A DNA stretch of 64,000 nt from a bacterium (GCA_030649135.1 JAUSGI010000008.1:1-64000), one strand, 5' to 3'. Counted from the stretch's first letter, positions 46,162 through 56,004 are shown. Notes: generated by a model not told the origin, from the sequence alone. Numbers and translations: made by a program.

Positions 46162-47435
46162 AGAAAGTCATTTTAGCATTCGCATTATTTTTGGCTACTA
46201 TTCCGGTGATGAGTATGGCTGCCAACACAGGCGAGTTGGAACGGCAGATTGAACAAGTGAGGAAGGAGCGGGAAGTTCTCTTAGAAGAGCAGAAGAAACT
46301 TCAGACAGAGCTCGAAGCTGTCAATAAAGAAAGCCAGACTCTGGGAAGCGCCGTTAAGTCGCTTAACGCCACGAAGTTGAAGCTAGCCAAAGACATTAGT
46401 ATTACCCAGTCGAGAATCACTTCGACCAACCTAACCATACGGTCGCTCGAAAACACCATGAGCGAGAAAGAGCGACAAATAGTCGCTCATCGCAAAGCTA
46501 TCGCGCAGACTCTCTCCACGCTTTCGGAATATGATTCCCGCCCGCTAGTACTAAACCTGCTTGCTTCCACCGAACTCTCGGACCTTTGGAAGGATAGAAG
46601 CCAACTTGAAGGATTGAACAGTCATCTGGCGGAAGAGATTCTCGCCCTGCGCGAGACTCGCAAAATGCTTAGTCAAGAAAAAGAAAAAAAGGAAAGGGTG
46701 AAGGAAGAGCAGGAGAATCTCAAGGGGCAATTAAGTGGACAAAAATCAGTAGTCGAAGAGAATAAAAAAGCCAAAGAAATTATTCTCGCGGAGACCAAAA
46801 ATAAAGAATCTGAATATCAGAAAATGCTTGCCGAAAATCTGGCCAGGCAGAAAGAGTTTGAGGAGGATTTGTTCCGGCTTGAATCTGAACTTAATATCAC
46901 TCTTGACCCCTCGCTTATTCCCGTACCGCGAAAAGGCACTCTGTCCTGGCCGGTGGAAAATGTCTTTATCACCAGTCCGTTTGGCATGCGCTCGGCGGGA
47001 TTTCATGGCGGGACAGACTTCAGAGCTTCTGTGGGTACCCCAATTTTGGCTATAGCCGGTGGCACAGTCGAGGGGGCGGCCAATTCCGATGACCAAAAAG
47101 GATGTTACTCTTTCGGTCGGTGGATTCTTATCAGACATTTCAACGGACTTTCGAGCGTTTATGCGCATCTTTCCGCTTCATTGGTTAAGGCCGGACAGAA
47201 AGTGGGGAGTGGGCAGATTATCGGATATTCTGGAGGGTATCCTAGGGCGTACGGTTCCGGTAATTCCAGAGGACCGCATCTTCATCTCGGACTCTTTTCT
47301 TCCCAAGGTGTGGAAATTCGCTCTTTCACTTCGCAAAGATACAGAGATACCGGCTCGGGGTGTCATAATGTTCCTATTCCGGTTTCCGACATCAAGGCCT
47401 ATCTTGACCCGCTTGCTTACTTACCGGTTCTTTAA
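46158..47435 (+). CDS. M23-family peptidase with N-terminal coiled coil (EnvC-like)
   Basis: signal peptide; long coiled coil; HxxxD and HLH M23 motifs near the C-term. Confidence 0.8.
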   Translation: MKKVILAFALFLATIPVMSMAANTGELERQIEQVRKEREVLLEEQKKLQTELEAVNKESQTLGSAVKSLNATKLKLAKDISITQSRITSTNLTIRSLENTMSEKERQIVAHRKAIAQTLSTLSEYDSRPLVLNLLASTELSDLWKDRSQLEGLNSHLAEEILALRETRKMLSQEKEKKERVKEEQENLKGQLSGQKSVVEENKKAKEIILAETKNKESEYQKMLAENLARQKEFEEDLFRLESELNITLDPSLIPVPRKGTLSWPVENVFITSPFGMRSAGFHGGTDFRASVGTPILAIAGGTVEGAANSDDQKGCYSFGRWILIRHFNGLSSVYAHLSASLVKAGQKVGSGQIIGYSGGYPRAYGSGNSRGPHLHLGLFSSQGVEIRSFTSQRYRDTGSGCHNVPIPVSDIKAYLDPLAYLPVL

Positions 47436-47485
47436 TTCACCCCGCCTCAATTGATATTAAATCAGTGGCGGGGTAAAATATAATC

Positions 47486-47710
47486 ATGAAAAAAGATAAA
47501 GGCTTTATCAGTTGGTTAGTACTGATTATTATTGCCTTAGCGTTATTGAAATATTTCTTCGGTTGGTCTATTTTTGACGCGGCCAGTACGGAACAGGGGA
47601 GAGGTACCATTGCTTATATTAAAGATGTGTTGAGTTTCGTCTGGTATTATCTCAAGGTACCCGTGCTTTTCCTCTGGCGTATCATTTTTGACCTTTTGCC
47701 TTCTCGTTAA
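47486..47710 (+). CDS. small membrane protein (74 aa)
   Basis: two hydrophobic helices. Confidence 0.4.
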   Translation: MKKDKGFISWLVLIIIALALLKYFFGWSIFDAASTEQGRGTIAYIKDVLSFVWYYLKVPVLFLWRIIFDLLPSR

Positions 47711-47716
47711 AACTAT

Positions 47717-47839
47717 ATGAAAGTTTTGATGAAAATGATTAGACTGCTTGCTTTCTTTCTTTTGGCGCCGATTTATGTGCCGGCATATCTCTTGATGACC
47801 TTCACCTTCAAATGGTGGTCATCCCTTTTGGATAAATAG
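47717..47839 (+). CDS. tiny membrane peptide (40 aa), in tandem with the previous ORF
   Basis: MKVLMKMIRLLAFFLLAPIYVPAYLLMTFTFKWW. Confidence 0.3.
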   Translation: MKVLMKMIRLLAFFLLAPIYVPAYLLMTFTFKWWSSLLDK

Positions 47840-47880
47840 AAATTGGTTGATTTGCTACCTTTTTTCGGCTAGTATAGCCG

Positions 47881-48681
47881 ATGGAAACGGTATTATTTCG
47901 CGAGGCATATCAACCACAGGAGGGGAACATGGGTGGTACAAAGCTATTAAAGCCAGCGGAACGACTAGTTGTTGGGGTTGAATCTAAGCCCAACCCGAAG
48001 CGTGGTCAGAACCGCGATTGGGCGGTGGGTCAAGTCATCAATCTCGCCCACAAGCTCAAGGGCACCGAGGTCTACATCAAGGTCGAATCCACACTCGTAG
48101 CTTGCGGTTATGACCTTATCGCTGTGATTCACAGTTGTGGCCTTAAGGTCTTCGCAGACACCAAGCTCTCCGGTATGCCCGAGAAGCTCTCGGCCCACGG
48201 CGTACTCCTCAATGAGTACAAACCCGAGCTCGTTACGGTGATGTGTGCCACCGGGGTTACCGGGATGAAGGCGCTTAAGGCCGAACTGCCGAACACGGAA
48301 GTGCTCGGCGTACCGGTCCTTACAAGCTTCAAGGATACCGATGCGGATGAGGTATTCGACCGTTCGGTTGATGAGGCGGTCATACGATTTGCCCGGCTGG
48401 CAGATGACGCCGCCATCGATGGCCTCATCCTGGCACCAGGAGAAGTACAGATGATTCGGAAGAACTTCGGTGAAGTGATGACCTTAAACTGTCCTGGCGT
48501 TCGTTCGGACTGGATGGTCATCCGGGACGATGACCAGAATTATGGGCGTGTTATGACACCAGCGATGGCTATCAGGGCCGGCGCCGACCGTGTCATCGTG
48601 GAACGAGCGGTGACGCAGTCACTGCATCCGTATGAGGTGGTCATGCGCCTCATCGAGGAGATCGCCTCCATCAGACCGTGA
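47881..48681 (+). CDS. pyrF: orotidine-5'-phosphate decarboxylase-like (OMPdecase fold); GC-rich
   Basis: VGVESKPN..IKVES..FADTKL..; C-term MTPAMAIRAGADRVIVERAVTQS. Confidence 0.6.
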   Translation: METVLFREAYQPQEGNMGGTKLLKPAERLVVGVESKPNPKRGQNRDWAVGQVINLAHKLKGTEVYIKVESTLVACGYDLIAVIHSCGLKVFADTKLSGMPEKLSAHGVLLNEYKPELVTVMCATGVTGMKALKAELPNTEVLGVPVLTSFKDTDADEVFDRSVDEAVIRFARLADDAAIDGLILAPGEVQMIRKNFGEVMTLNCPGVRSDWMVIRDDDQNYGRVMTPAMAIRAGADRVIVERAVTQSLHPYEVVMRLIEEIASIRP

Positions 48682-48757
48682 GTCTGCGGTCAAAATCGCT
48701 GCCTGGCCCAGGCTCCTAACTAGAGCTCGGGCCATTTTCTTTACATACAAATAAAAA

Positions 48758-48785
48758 GGGCCCACTGCCTTGCGACAGTGGGCCC
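48758..48785 (-). terminator. GC-clamped hairpin followed by T-run on the minus strand; terminator for the pyrE-like gene
   Basis: GGGCCCACTG-ccttgcga-CAGTGGGCCC; minus-strand TTTTTATTTG follows. Confidence 0.65.
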
Positions 48786-48795
48786 GAGGGCCATC

Positions 48796-49452
48796 TTACT
48801 TGGCAAACCGATAGGCTTGAATCTCTTCATAGATGTTGAGGGGAATGGTGTCCATGTCACGGTAGAGCCGGAGGAGCTCGGAAACACTTAGCGCAGCGTG
48901 AAGCAACAGGCCATGGGCGTTGAGGTTGTTCCGGCCCCCTTCTTCGCGGTCGATGAGCACGAAGACGTCTCGCACTTTAAGTCCGTAGAGTCCGTGAGCT
49001 CTGAGCACTTTGGCAGCAGTGAGTATGCTACCTGCCCTGTTGATGACTCCATCGAACAAGAGCACACTTGCTCCTGACGACCAAACACCGTCGATGTCAC
49101 CACCACCACCGTAGCTCTTCGGTGCTTTCGGAGTGATCATTGGGAATTCGGTACGATCCGAAAGCGAAGATACGACAGGTGTAATGGCAGTGGGGACATC
49201 GGCCAGAATCTCGCAGTCGAATGGTTCTATCATTTCCTCGAAGATGTCCACGGCCGTGGCTTTGGCTCCGGTCGGGTACGACCGCAGGACTGCTAGGTCG
49301 AGATAGTAAGGGGATAGCGGGGCGTCTGGTTCTGTTAGGTGCCTGTGAAGCTGGAATCCATTTCCACCGGGTGACTTACCCCTGTCCTTAAATGCCCCGC
49401 ACTGGTACAGCTCCTCCGCGAATTGTTTCTTGAGGTTGTCTAACCTGCTCAT
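48796..49452 (-). CDS. pyrE: orotate phosphoribosyltransferase-like (type I PRTase); GC-rich
   Basis: PRPP-binding VLLFDGVINRAGSILTAAKVLRAHG. Confidence 0.65.
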   Translation of the reverse strand: MSRLDNLKKQFAEELYQCGAFKDRGKSPGGNGFQLHRHLTEPDAPLSPYYLDLAVLRSYPTGAKATAVDIFEEMIEPFDCEILADVPTAITPVVSSLSDRTEFPMITPKAPKSYGGGGDIDGVWSSGASVLLFDGVINRAGSILTAAKVLRAHGLYGLKVRDVFVLIDREEGGRNNLNAHGLLLHAALSVSELLRLYRDMDTIPLNIYEEIQAYRFAK

Positions 49453-49755
49453 GCTGCCTCCCCTTCAGGCTATTTAATTCCCGCTGTCTGGCGTTACCTT
49501 AATACAAATATCAATAAAATCAAGTTTGGAAACTTCCCTATTATGGTCAAAAAATAGGGGAGGGGTGGGGGCGTAATTTTCAATAACATCCAATTTTGTT
49601 AAATGTTTAGTAGATAGTAGGGAAGATTGAGTGATAATTAAATTATCCAGTTATCAGAATTCTTGGTCAGTAAGAGCCTAGCCTAAGGTCGCAAAGGTAT
49701 ATTGTGCGACACACATCTAAAGCCAGAAAGTCCTCTCCCCTCCTCATGTCGCTAA
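49453..49755 (-). promoter_or_regulatory. unusually long (~300 nt) leader/intergenic region upstream of the pyrE-like gene with SD/anti-SD complementarity
   Basis: SD GAAGGGGAGG; upstream CCCCACCCCTCCCCTATTTTTT and further upstream GAGGAGGGGAGAGG (minus-strand reading). Confidence 0.35.
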
Positions 49756-50367
49756 TTATTTTTGAGCGATGACTTGTATCCAATTTGTCCTGCCGGCAGG
49801 TGAAATATTTTCGTATACCATCCTACCAAAACCCGAATCCATCAAATATTTTTTAATTTCATCAATTGTGTAATAACTGAAAAATCGCTCGTAAGGATAC
49901 CCATAGTCATTTTCTGCCACTATTTCCTCCTCTGCCCTATCGGACCGTCTCTCCTTAACTGCGATGTAAAAATAGCCACCTGATTTAAGTTTGTCTCCGA
50001 TTTTTTCAATTACTTTCTGAGCCTCGTGTTTAGGCACATGAAGTAAAACTGCCTGCATGAAAACAGCGTCGAAAACACCATCCAGCTTATCTATATCTTT
50101 AAGGTCTAGAGTTTGGAACTTTCCTTCCGGAACTTCTCGCTTTGCAATCTCTATCATCTTTTCGGAGAAATCAATACCTGTGACGTCGAATCCTTTTTGT
50201 ATCAAATATTTTGACTCTATGCCGCTGCCACAACCGACATCGAGCACCGAATCACCCGGGTTCAAAAGCGATATGAATTTATCCGTTCCCTCAACCCACC
50301 AGTCATCTGGTTTGTGGTCTTGGTGCCAATCCTCGGCAATTCTGTTGTAAGTCTCCTTTAAATCCAT
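49756..50367 (-). CDS. class I SAM-dependent methyltransferase
   Basis: VLDVGCGSGIESKYL motif I; type 11 MTase layout. Confidence 0.8.
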   Translation of the reverse strand: MDLKETYNRIAEDWHQDHKPDDWWVEGTDKFISLLNPGDSVLDVGCGSGIESKYLIQKGFDVTGIDFSEKMIEIAKREVPEGKFQTLDLKDIDKLDGVFDAVFMQAVLLHVPKHEAQKVIEKIGDKLKSGGYFYIAVKERRSDRAEEEIVAENDYGYPYERFFSYYTIDEIKKYLMDSGFGRMVYENISPAGRTNWIQVIAQK

Positions 50368-50417
50368 ATAAACCCAATTCTACAACAGTTTGACTTCTCT
50401 TATTCCCTAGAGCAGAC

Positions 50418-51281
50418 TTGACGCCAGACACAACCAACTTCCTTGCGGAGGGCTATATGCCTAAGAAGGGCTCACTCCTGGCTGAAGGTAAGACCAAGAA
50501 GATCTGGCGCGACGCACACACGACCTCTGGAGTTCTCATCGAGAGTAAGGATGAAGTAACTGCGGGCGATGGTGTCCGGCGGAAAGAATTCGAGGGCAAA
50601 GGCGCCTACTCGACCGCCACCACCGCAAAGTGCTTCGAGCTTTTGACGGCTCACGGCATCCCCAACCACTTTCTCAGGGGCTTCGACGCAACAACCTTCT
50701 GTGCACGGAAGCTCAGGATGATCAAGAAGGAGGTAGTTGTTCGACGTGTGGCAACCGGCTCCTACCTCAACCGCCGGCCTGATGTCGAGGAGGGCACGCT
50801 ATTCAAACCAGTGGTCGTCGAGTTCTTCGCCAAGATCGATGAAGAGCACGACCCGCTGGTGATCCACGACTTTGTCAGCGAGCGCATTCTCCTCTTCCAT
50901 GCGAGGAAACCTCTGGCAGAGGGCTATCTACGTGAGGTAGCCATGGCAGATGGACGGGCCACGGAATGGTTCGCTCTGCGCGAGATGGTCTCGCTCGCTG
51001 AACAGACCTTCGCTGCTCTCGAGGCGGCGTGGGCTACACAGGACGTCATGCTCGTCGATCTCAAGATCGAGTGTGGTAGGGACGATACTGCTAGTGGTAG
51101 AATCGTCGTCGGCGACGTTATCACCAACGACGAGTGGCGTATCTGGCCTGGTGGCGACAAGTCTCGCCAGCTGGACAAGCAGGTTTTCCGGGAGACGCCG
51201 GAGGCTACCCACGAAGCGATGAAGGCTCTCAAGGCCAACTACGCTAAGGTGGCGGAGATGGTGGAGAAGTTCCCGGTCTGA
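50418..51281 (+). CDS. purC: phosphoribosylaminoimidazole-succinocarboxamide synthase (SAICAR synthetase); GC-rich; start may be the ATG at 50457
   Basis: LLAEGKTKKIW, AHGIPNHF, KKEVVVRRVATGSYLNR. Confidence 0.8.
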   Translation: MTPDTTNFLAEGYMPKKGSLLAEGKTKKIWRDAHTTSGVLIESKDEVTAGDGVRRKEFEGKGAYSTATTAKCFELLTAHGIPNHFLRGFDATTFCARKLRMIKKEVVVRRVATGSYLNRRPDVEEGTLFKPVVVEFFAKIDEEHDPLVIHDFVSERILLFHARKPLAEGYLREVAMADGRATEWFALREMVSLAEQTFAALEAAWATQDVMLVDLKIECGRDDTASGRIVVGDVITNDEWRIWPGGDKSRQLDKQVFRETPEATHEAMKALKANYAKVAEMVEKFPV

Positions 51282-51288
51282 CAGCAAC

Positions 51289-51327
51289 GCGCGGGCTCCC
51301 CTTCTGGGAGCCCGCGCTTTTCGTTTG
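51289..51327 (+). terminator. rho-independent terminator of purC
   Basis: GCGCGGGCTCCC-cttct-GGGAGCCCGCGC then TTTTCGTTTG. Confidence 0.75.
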
Positions 51328-51343
51328 TTAAATATTAAACAAC

Positions 51344-51370
51344 AAACCCGCCCCTAACCGGCGCGGGTTT
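51344..51370 (-). terminator. hairpin terminator for the minus-strand SLT gene
   Basis: AAACCCGC...GCGGGTTT stem; T-rich after it on the minus strand. Confidence 0.5.
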
Positions 51371-51379
51371 GTCTAAGAG

Positions 51380-51787
51380 TTACCTCTTAGCGATTTCAGA
51401 TTTGCTGAATTTTGCCCAACAAGCCGAAGAGGACATCCACGGCTTAGCGCCCTGCTTCTCGTAGAGGTAACGCGCGTAAGCAACGTTGTCATCGAGGTCA
51501 TGGACGTCTAAACCGAGCTTGTCCGCGGTTTGGGCGTGATAGAAGAGGTTAATCTGCATCACTCCTGTGTCACGGCGGTCCCTTCTCCCTTTTAACACGT
51601 TCCCTTCTGAATTGAATTGGCGGTAACGTGATTCACACTTGGCAATTTCGGCGAGAATAGGAATGTCGGCAAAGTAGTCGTTGATGAATTTCTCAACATT
51701 CTTCGAGTCTGTAATCGGTTGATAGTCTTCGGCTCGCACTTCTTTAGGCATTGGTTCTACCGTTGCCCTCATTTCCCCGGTTGGCAT
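51380..51787 (-). CDS. SLT/lysozyme-like lytic transglycosylase domain protein (Rpf-like features); the N-terminus may extend upstream with a non-ATG start
   Basis: IAKCESRYRQFNS...DTGVMQIN...AYARYL; Cys near both ends of the domain; hydrophobic in-frame stretch upstream of the ATG. Confidence 0.55.
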   Translation of the reverse strand: MPTGEMRATVEPMPKEVRAEDYQPITDSKNVEKFINDYFADIPILAEIAKCESRYRQFNSEGNVLKGRRDRRDTGVMQINLFYHAQTADKLGLDVHDLDDNVAYARYLYEKQGAKPWMSSSACWAKFSKSEIAKR

Positions 51788-52008
51788 TATAAGCGATGGT
51801 ATCGCAGGTAATACGGCAACGGCGGAAGTTGAGAAGCTAAGGAGAAGACTAATGGTTGTGAGCTGTAAGATAACAGTAGGATAAACTTCTAATTTTAGGT
51901 GTCCGTATCCGTAAGGGCTCCCCTAAATGAAAAAGCCAGCTCTTGCTGACTTACCTACATACTATCACATTCAGCTATTGCTGTCAAGCAATTTAAATGG
52001 TGAAATAT

Positions 52009-52623
52009 TTATGAAGTGGCTCTGTTGAGCCATGGAATTGGATACTGCTTAAAGTCATCCAGACCCGGTTTGTTATAGATTAAACGATAGAGGGCCTCAT
52101 ACTCCCAAATAGCGCCGTTTAGGGCAATATGCGGCTTCGGTTCCGGTGGAATTCCCACGTATATCATAATGGCATCTGAATCTAATGCACTCCTTCTGTC
52201 TTTTACCGGCGGAATGATTCCCCTCTTGAGCATGTGGAATACAGCGATAGAGTGCTGGTCAAAGATACGTCTTTGTAGTTTCTCCTTACTTCTCGCTCGT
52301 CTAGCAGCCGCTTCTACGAATTGGACATCTACATAACAATTTTGGCCGGCTACTGTAATGTCAATCTTGTTACGTAACCAATCAAAAAATTTTAAGGTAA
52401 CTTCTGCCTCGGACTTCTTGCCCGGGTCTCTTATATCCTCTTCCGTATAGCCGTTTCTTAGGAGGGCTTCCGGTTTGACTTCAGCGCCATCCCAAATACG
52501 GCACTCTTCATAGAATCTGTCTTGGGGATTGGAGAAATCAAGGGCTCCTATGGAGACTAAAGAATTTTTCTCCGGATTAAGCCCAGTTGTTTCTACATCA
52601 AGTACAATCATTTTGGCGAGCAA
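52009..52623 (-). CDS. DEDD-family 3'-5' exonuclease (DnaQ-like)
   Basis: Exo I motif VLDVETTGL; H..D motif near the C-term. Confidence 0.7.
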   Translation of the reverse strand: MLAKMIVLDVETTGLNPEKNSLVSIGALDFSNPQDRFYEECRIWDGAEVKPEALLRNGYTEEDIRDPGKKSEAEVTLKFFDWLRNKIDITVAGQNCYVDVQFVEAAARRARSKEKLQRRIFDQHSIAVFHMLKRGIIPPVKDRRSALDSDAIMIYVGIPPEPKPHIALNGAIWEYEALYRLIYNKPGLDDFKQYPIPWLNRATS

Positions 52624-53006
52624 TTAGCTGCCAGGGTGTAGCCTGCGGCTAGGGCGTCAGCGGCTGTCGGGAAAACAATTTTATTGCCCTCTTTTATCTG
52701 TTTGGCACCCGAACAATAAAGGTAGTGGTAGCGAGTACCGTTCTTGGATACTACCACCCCGCCGTCGCTACTACTTGGCGGGGCAAGCTTCCCTACTGCG
52801 TTCATAACAGATGCGGTTTCTTCTACAAGACTCTGGTCATATTCAATTCGTATCGGTTCCCTATTCCCTACCACGCTAAGTCTACCGATACCGAAAGAAA
52901 GCAAAGCAACCAAGATAATAGTGAGGGAAAGAAATAATTTCTGGAACAGAGGAAAGCGCTCAATTTTACCCTCCTTGTCATAAGAGACCACTTCTGTTAT
53001 ATTCAT
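52608..53006 (-). CDS. membrane-anchored protein with a C-terminal Ada-like (YHxxxC...AAGY...C) domain
   Basis: N-terminal TM; C-term GTRYHYLYCSGAKQIKEGNKIVFPTAADALAAGYTLAANCSPK; internal ATG chosen to avoid the rpmA start. Confidence 0.45.
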   Translation of the reverse strand: MNITEVVSYDKEGKIERFPLFQKLFLSLTIILVALLSFGIGRLSVVGNREPIRIEYDQSLVEETASVMNAVGKLAPPSSSDGGVVVSKNGTRYHYLYCSGAKQIKEGNKIVFPTAADALAAGYTLAANCSPK

Positions 53007-53047
53007 AACCGTAATTATACGGTTCGACAAGCTCACCGTAAACAGCC

Positions 53048-53326
53048 ATGGCAACGAAAAAAGCAGGAGGTGCATCCAAAAACGGTCGGGATTCCAACCC
53101 GAAACATCTTGGTATTAAGGTCTCTCCGGGCGGTTCTGCCCGGGTAGGCTCTGTCCTCGTACGCCAGCGCGGCTCCGATGTGTTGGCTGGTAAAAATGTC
53201 TCAATGGGTAAAGACCATACTCTCTTTGCCATCAAAGATGGCGTAGTCTCTATTAGTTACAAACGCCTAGTTCACTTTGATAACTCTGTTATAAAAAAGA
53301 AAGTTATGAGTGTTGTGCCTTCCTAA
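53048..53326 (+). CDS. rpmA: ribosomal protein L27
   Basis: [24 protein letters not shown]. Confidence 0.95.
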   Translation: MATKKAGGASKNGRDSNPKHLGIKVSPGGSARVGSVLVRQRGSDVLAGKNVSMGKDHTLFAIKDGVVSISYKRLVHFDNSVIKKKVMSVVPS

Positions 53327-53570
53327 ATTTTTCAAGCGCTTCGTGCTTTTCTTGACGTTTGGCTAACTTTTCATTCACCTCTTTCTCTTCTATTGCTCTA
53401 CTTTTCTCACTCTGTTCTTTCATTTGTCTTATCATATTTAAAGAAGTCGGATTTACAGGCATTGCTAGATTTTTGGGAATTAAGAAATTATTTGCGTAGC
53501 CGTCAGAGATATTTTTTTCTTCAAACTTCTTCCCCACCCCTTTGATATCTGTGAGTAAAATAACTTTCAT
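53304..53570 (-). CDS. rplI: ribosomal protein L9, N-terminal domain and linker only (88 aa)
   Basis: [36 protein letters not shown]; no C-terminal domain. Confidence 0.75.
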   Translation of the reverse strand: MKVILLTDIKGVGKKFEEKNISDGYANNFLIPKNLAMPVNPTSLNMIRQMKEQSEKSRAIEEKEVNEKLAKRQEKHEALEKFRKAQHS

Positions 53571-53573
53571 ATC

Positions 53574-54793
53574 CTATTGTGTTAGAATTTCAACAGCTTT
53601 TTGTAGTTGTGGGTCACGGCCCGCTTCCCTATCGGCTGTACTATATTTAACGAGAAATTGTGGCTCGATACCGTCTTGGGAAATAGAAAGGCCATTGGGG
53701 GTTAGCCAGCGGGCTATGGTAATCTTCAGAGAAGTTTCCGAAGTGATGTCCACTAATTCTTGGACGGACCCCTTACCGAAAGTCTTGTCCCCTACCAGAA
53801 TTGCTCTGCCGTGTTCCGCAAGAGCTCCAGCCAATATCTCGGATGCCGAAGCGGAGCCTCTGTCTACCAAAATCACAAATTTCAGCGCCTCGTTGAAGAT
53901 GTCGTAGCCCTTACTTCGATAAACTTTCTCTTCTCTTGATGGGCCGAAATCTTCTCTGACTACGACCTTGCTCGGAGGCAGAAACCAACTGGCCATGTCT
54001 ATCGCGGCCTCAAGGTACCCACCGGGATTGCCCCGTAGGTCAAGGAGAAGCTTATCGCTGTCAGAGAGGATAAATTCTCGCAGGGCAGCCCGGAAGAAGT
54101 TCGGAGATTGAGCCGAGAAGCTATAAAGTTCTATGACGAAAACACCCCCGGGCAATTCTCGGGTACTGAGGGTAGGAATATTTATTACTTCCCGAACCAC
54201 CTTAATATCAAGCGGCTCTTTGGCGCCGTTTCTGATAATAGTGAGCGCCACACTAGTGCCCTTTGGTCCGCGGATAATCTGGACGGCCTTCTCGGTAGAG
54301 AGGTTGGCTGTATCTTTGTTGTTGATTTTGACGATTCTGTCACCGGCCATGATACCGGCTCTCGAAGCTGGTGAGTCCTTGAGTGGTGCAATCACGATGA
54401 TGGCGCCATCTTTGGCGACTACTTCCATACCCACCCCTTCAAAGTTCCCTCGGATGTCGGATTCAAAAAGTGCAGATTCTACGGGGGGAAAAAATACTGT
54501 ATAAGGGTCGCCGAGTGATACCGTCAATCCTTGGATGGCTCCCCAAACTCTTTCCTGGTTGTCCACCTTCTGGGCGGTAGTACTGGCAGATACATACTTT
54601 TCATCGATGAGATTCCAAGCTTTCCAAAAGGGTGCGAAGTCCACATCAACTGGCTTGCCTTCGGTTTGGTTTTCTATTCCGGCCACTGTCGTGGACGGAC
54701 TGTTTTCTCCAGAGTTGAAGCCAAGGTTAAAAGAGCCGACAGCGATAATCACTCCGAGGACCAAGAGTGCGGCATGTCTCTTTAAAAATTCCA
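53574..54793 (-). CDS. ctpA: carboxyl-terminal processing protease (S41), PDZ-containing
   Basis: LDLRGNPGGYL; PDZ; signal peptide from MEFLKRHAALLVLGVI. Confidence 0.85.
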
Positions 54794-54822
54794 TTTTAGG
54801 TATTCTATCATATAATACAGAC

Positions 54823-56004
54823 GTGGCTATAAAACTACACAATACTCTGACAGGTTCGCTTGAGGCATTTGAGCCTCTCAAATCCGGTAAGGTCGGGATG
54901 TTTGTCTGTGGACCGACTGTCTACGATTTCTCACACTTAGGCCATGCGAAGACATACATTCAGTTTGACTTCCTCGCCCGTTATCTGGGTTACATGGGCT
55001 ATGAAGTGACGTATGTGCAAAATATTACTGATATAGACGACAAGATAATAGAGCGTGCTCGTGAAAAAAATGTCGAACCAAACATGTTGGCAGAGGAGTA
55101 TGAGAGATATTATCTCGAAGATATGGCGGCGCTCAATAATATTAGTGTCGATAAATACGCAAGGGCCCATGATTATATTCCGCAAATTGTCGACCAAGTG
55201 AAACGCCTATTGGCGAAGGATATGGCGTATCGCATTTCCGATGGATATTATTTTGATATCAAACAGTTCGAAGATTACGGAAGGTTATCGGGACGTTTAT
55301 CGTTGGAGCCCGGCGATGCGGTATCTAGAATTGATGAAAACCAGGAGAAAAGAAACCCCGGCGATTTTTGTCTCTGGAAGTTTCGAAAGGAAGATGACCC
55401 ATATTGGTCAACAGAACTTGGTGAAGGTCGCCCGGGCTGGCATATAGAAGATACGGCTATTACCGAAAGCGAACTTGGTCCCCAATACGATATCCACGGC
55501 GGCTCAATGGATTTAATTTTTCCGCACCATGAAGCGGAGATCGCTCAAATGGAATCGGCGTCGGGTCTGAAACCCATGGTTAAGTACTGGTTACATACAG
55601 GATTTCTGAATGTTAAAACCGAAAAAATGTCCAAAAGTTTGGGTAACTTCATTACCATTAGAGCGGTAACAGAGAAAGGTGTTTCCCCGTTGGCACTAAG
55701 ATATCTCTTTCTGCTATCTCACTACCGCACTCCGACCAACTTCAGCTTCGAAGCACTTGAAGCGGCGGAAAATGCCTATAACAGATTAAAGAAATTTGTA
55801 GCCGGCTTGTTGGGCACAGGAGTTGTAGACGAAAGTTACAAACAAAAATTTACGGAAAAGTTGGAAAACGATCTCAATACACCGCAGGCCTTGGCTGTAG
55901 TTTGGGGTCTAATTAAAGATAAAGACATCTCACCGGAGGATAAACTGGCCACTATTTTGGATTTCGATAAAGTACTTGGGCTGGGACTTGAATATAAAAA
56001 ATGA
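54823..56004 (+). CDS. cysS: cysteinyl-tRNA synthetase (compact; GTG start inferred)
   Basis: CGPTVYDFSHLGHAKT (HIGH), KMSKSLGN. Confidence 0.85.
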   Translation: MAIKLHNTLTGSLEAFEPLKSGKVGMFVCGPTVYDFSHLGHAKTYIQFDFLARYLGYMGYEVTYVQNITDIDDKIIERAREKNVEPNMLAEEYERYYLEDMAALNNISVDKYARAHDYIPQIVDQVKRLLAKDMAYRISDGYYFDIKQFEDYGRLSGRLSLEPGDAVSRIDENQEKRNPGDFCLWKFRKEDDPYWSTELGEGRPGWHIEDTAITESELGPQYDIHGGSMDLIFPHHEAEIAQMESASGLKPMVKYWLHTGFLNVKTEKMSKSLGNFITIRAVTEKGVSPLALRYLFLLSHYRTPTNFSFEALEAAENAYNRLKKFVAGLLGTGVVDESYKQKFTEKLENDLNTPQALAVVWGLIKDKDISPEDKLATILDFDKVLGLGLEYKK

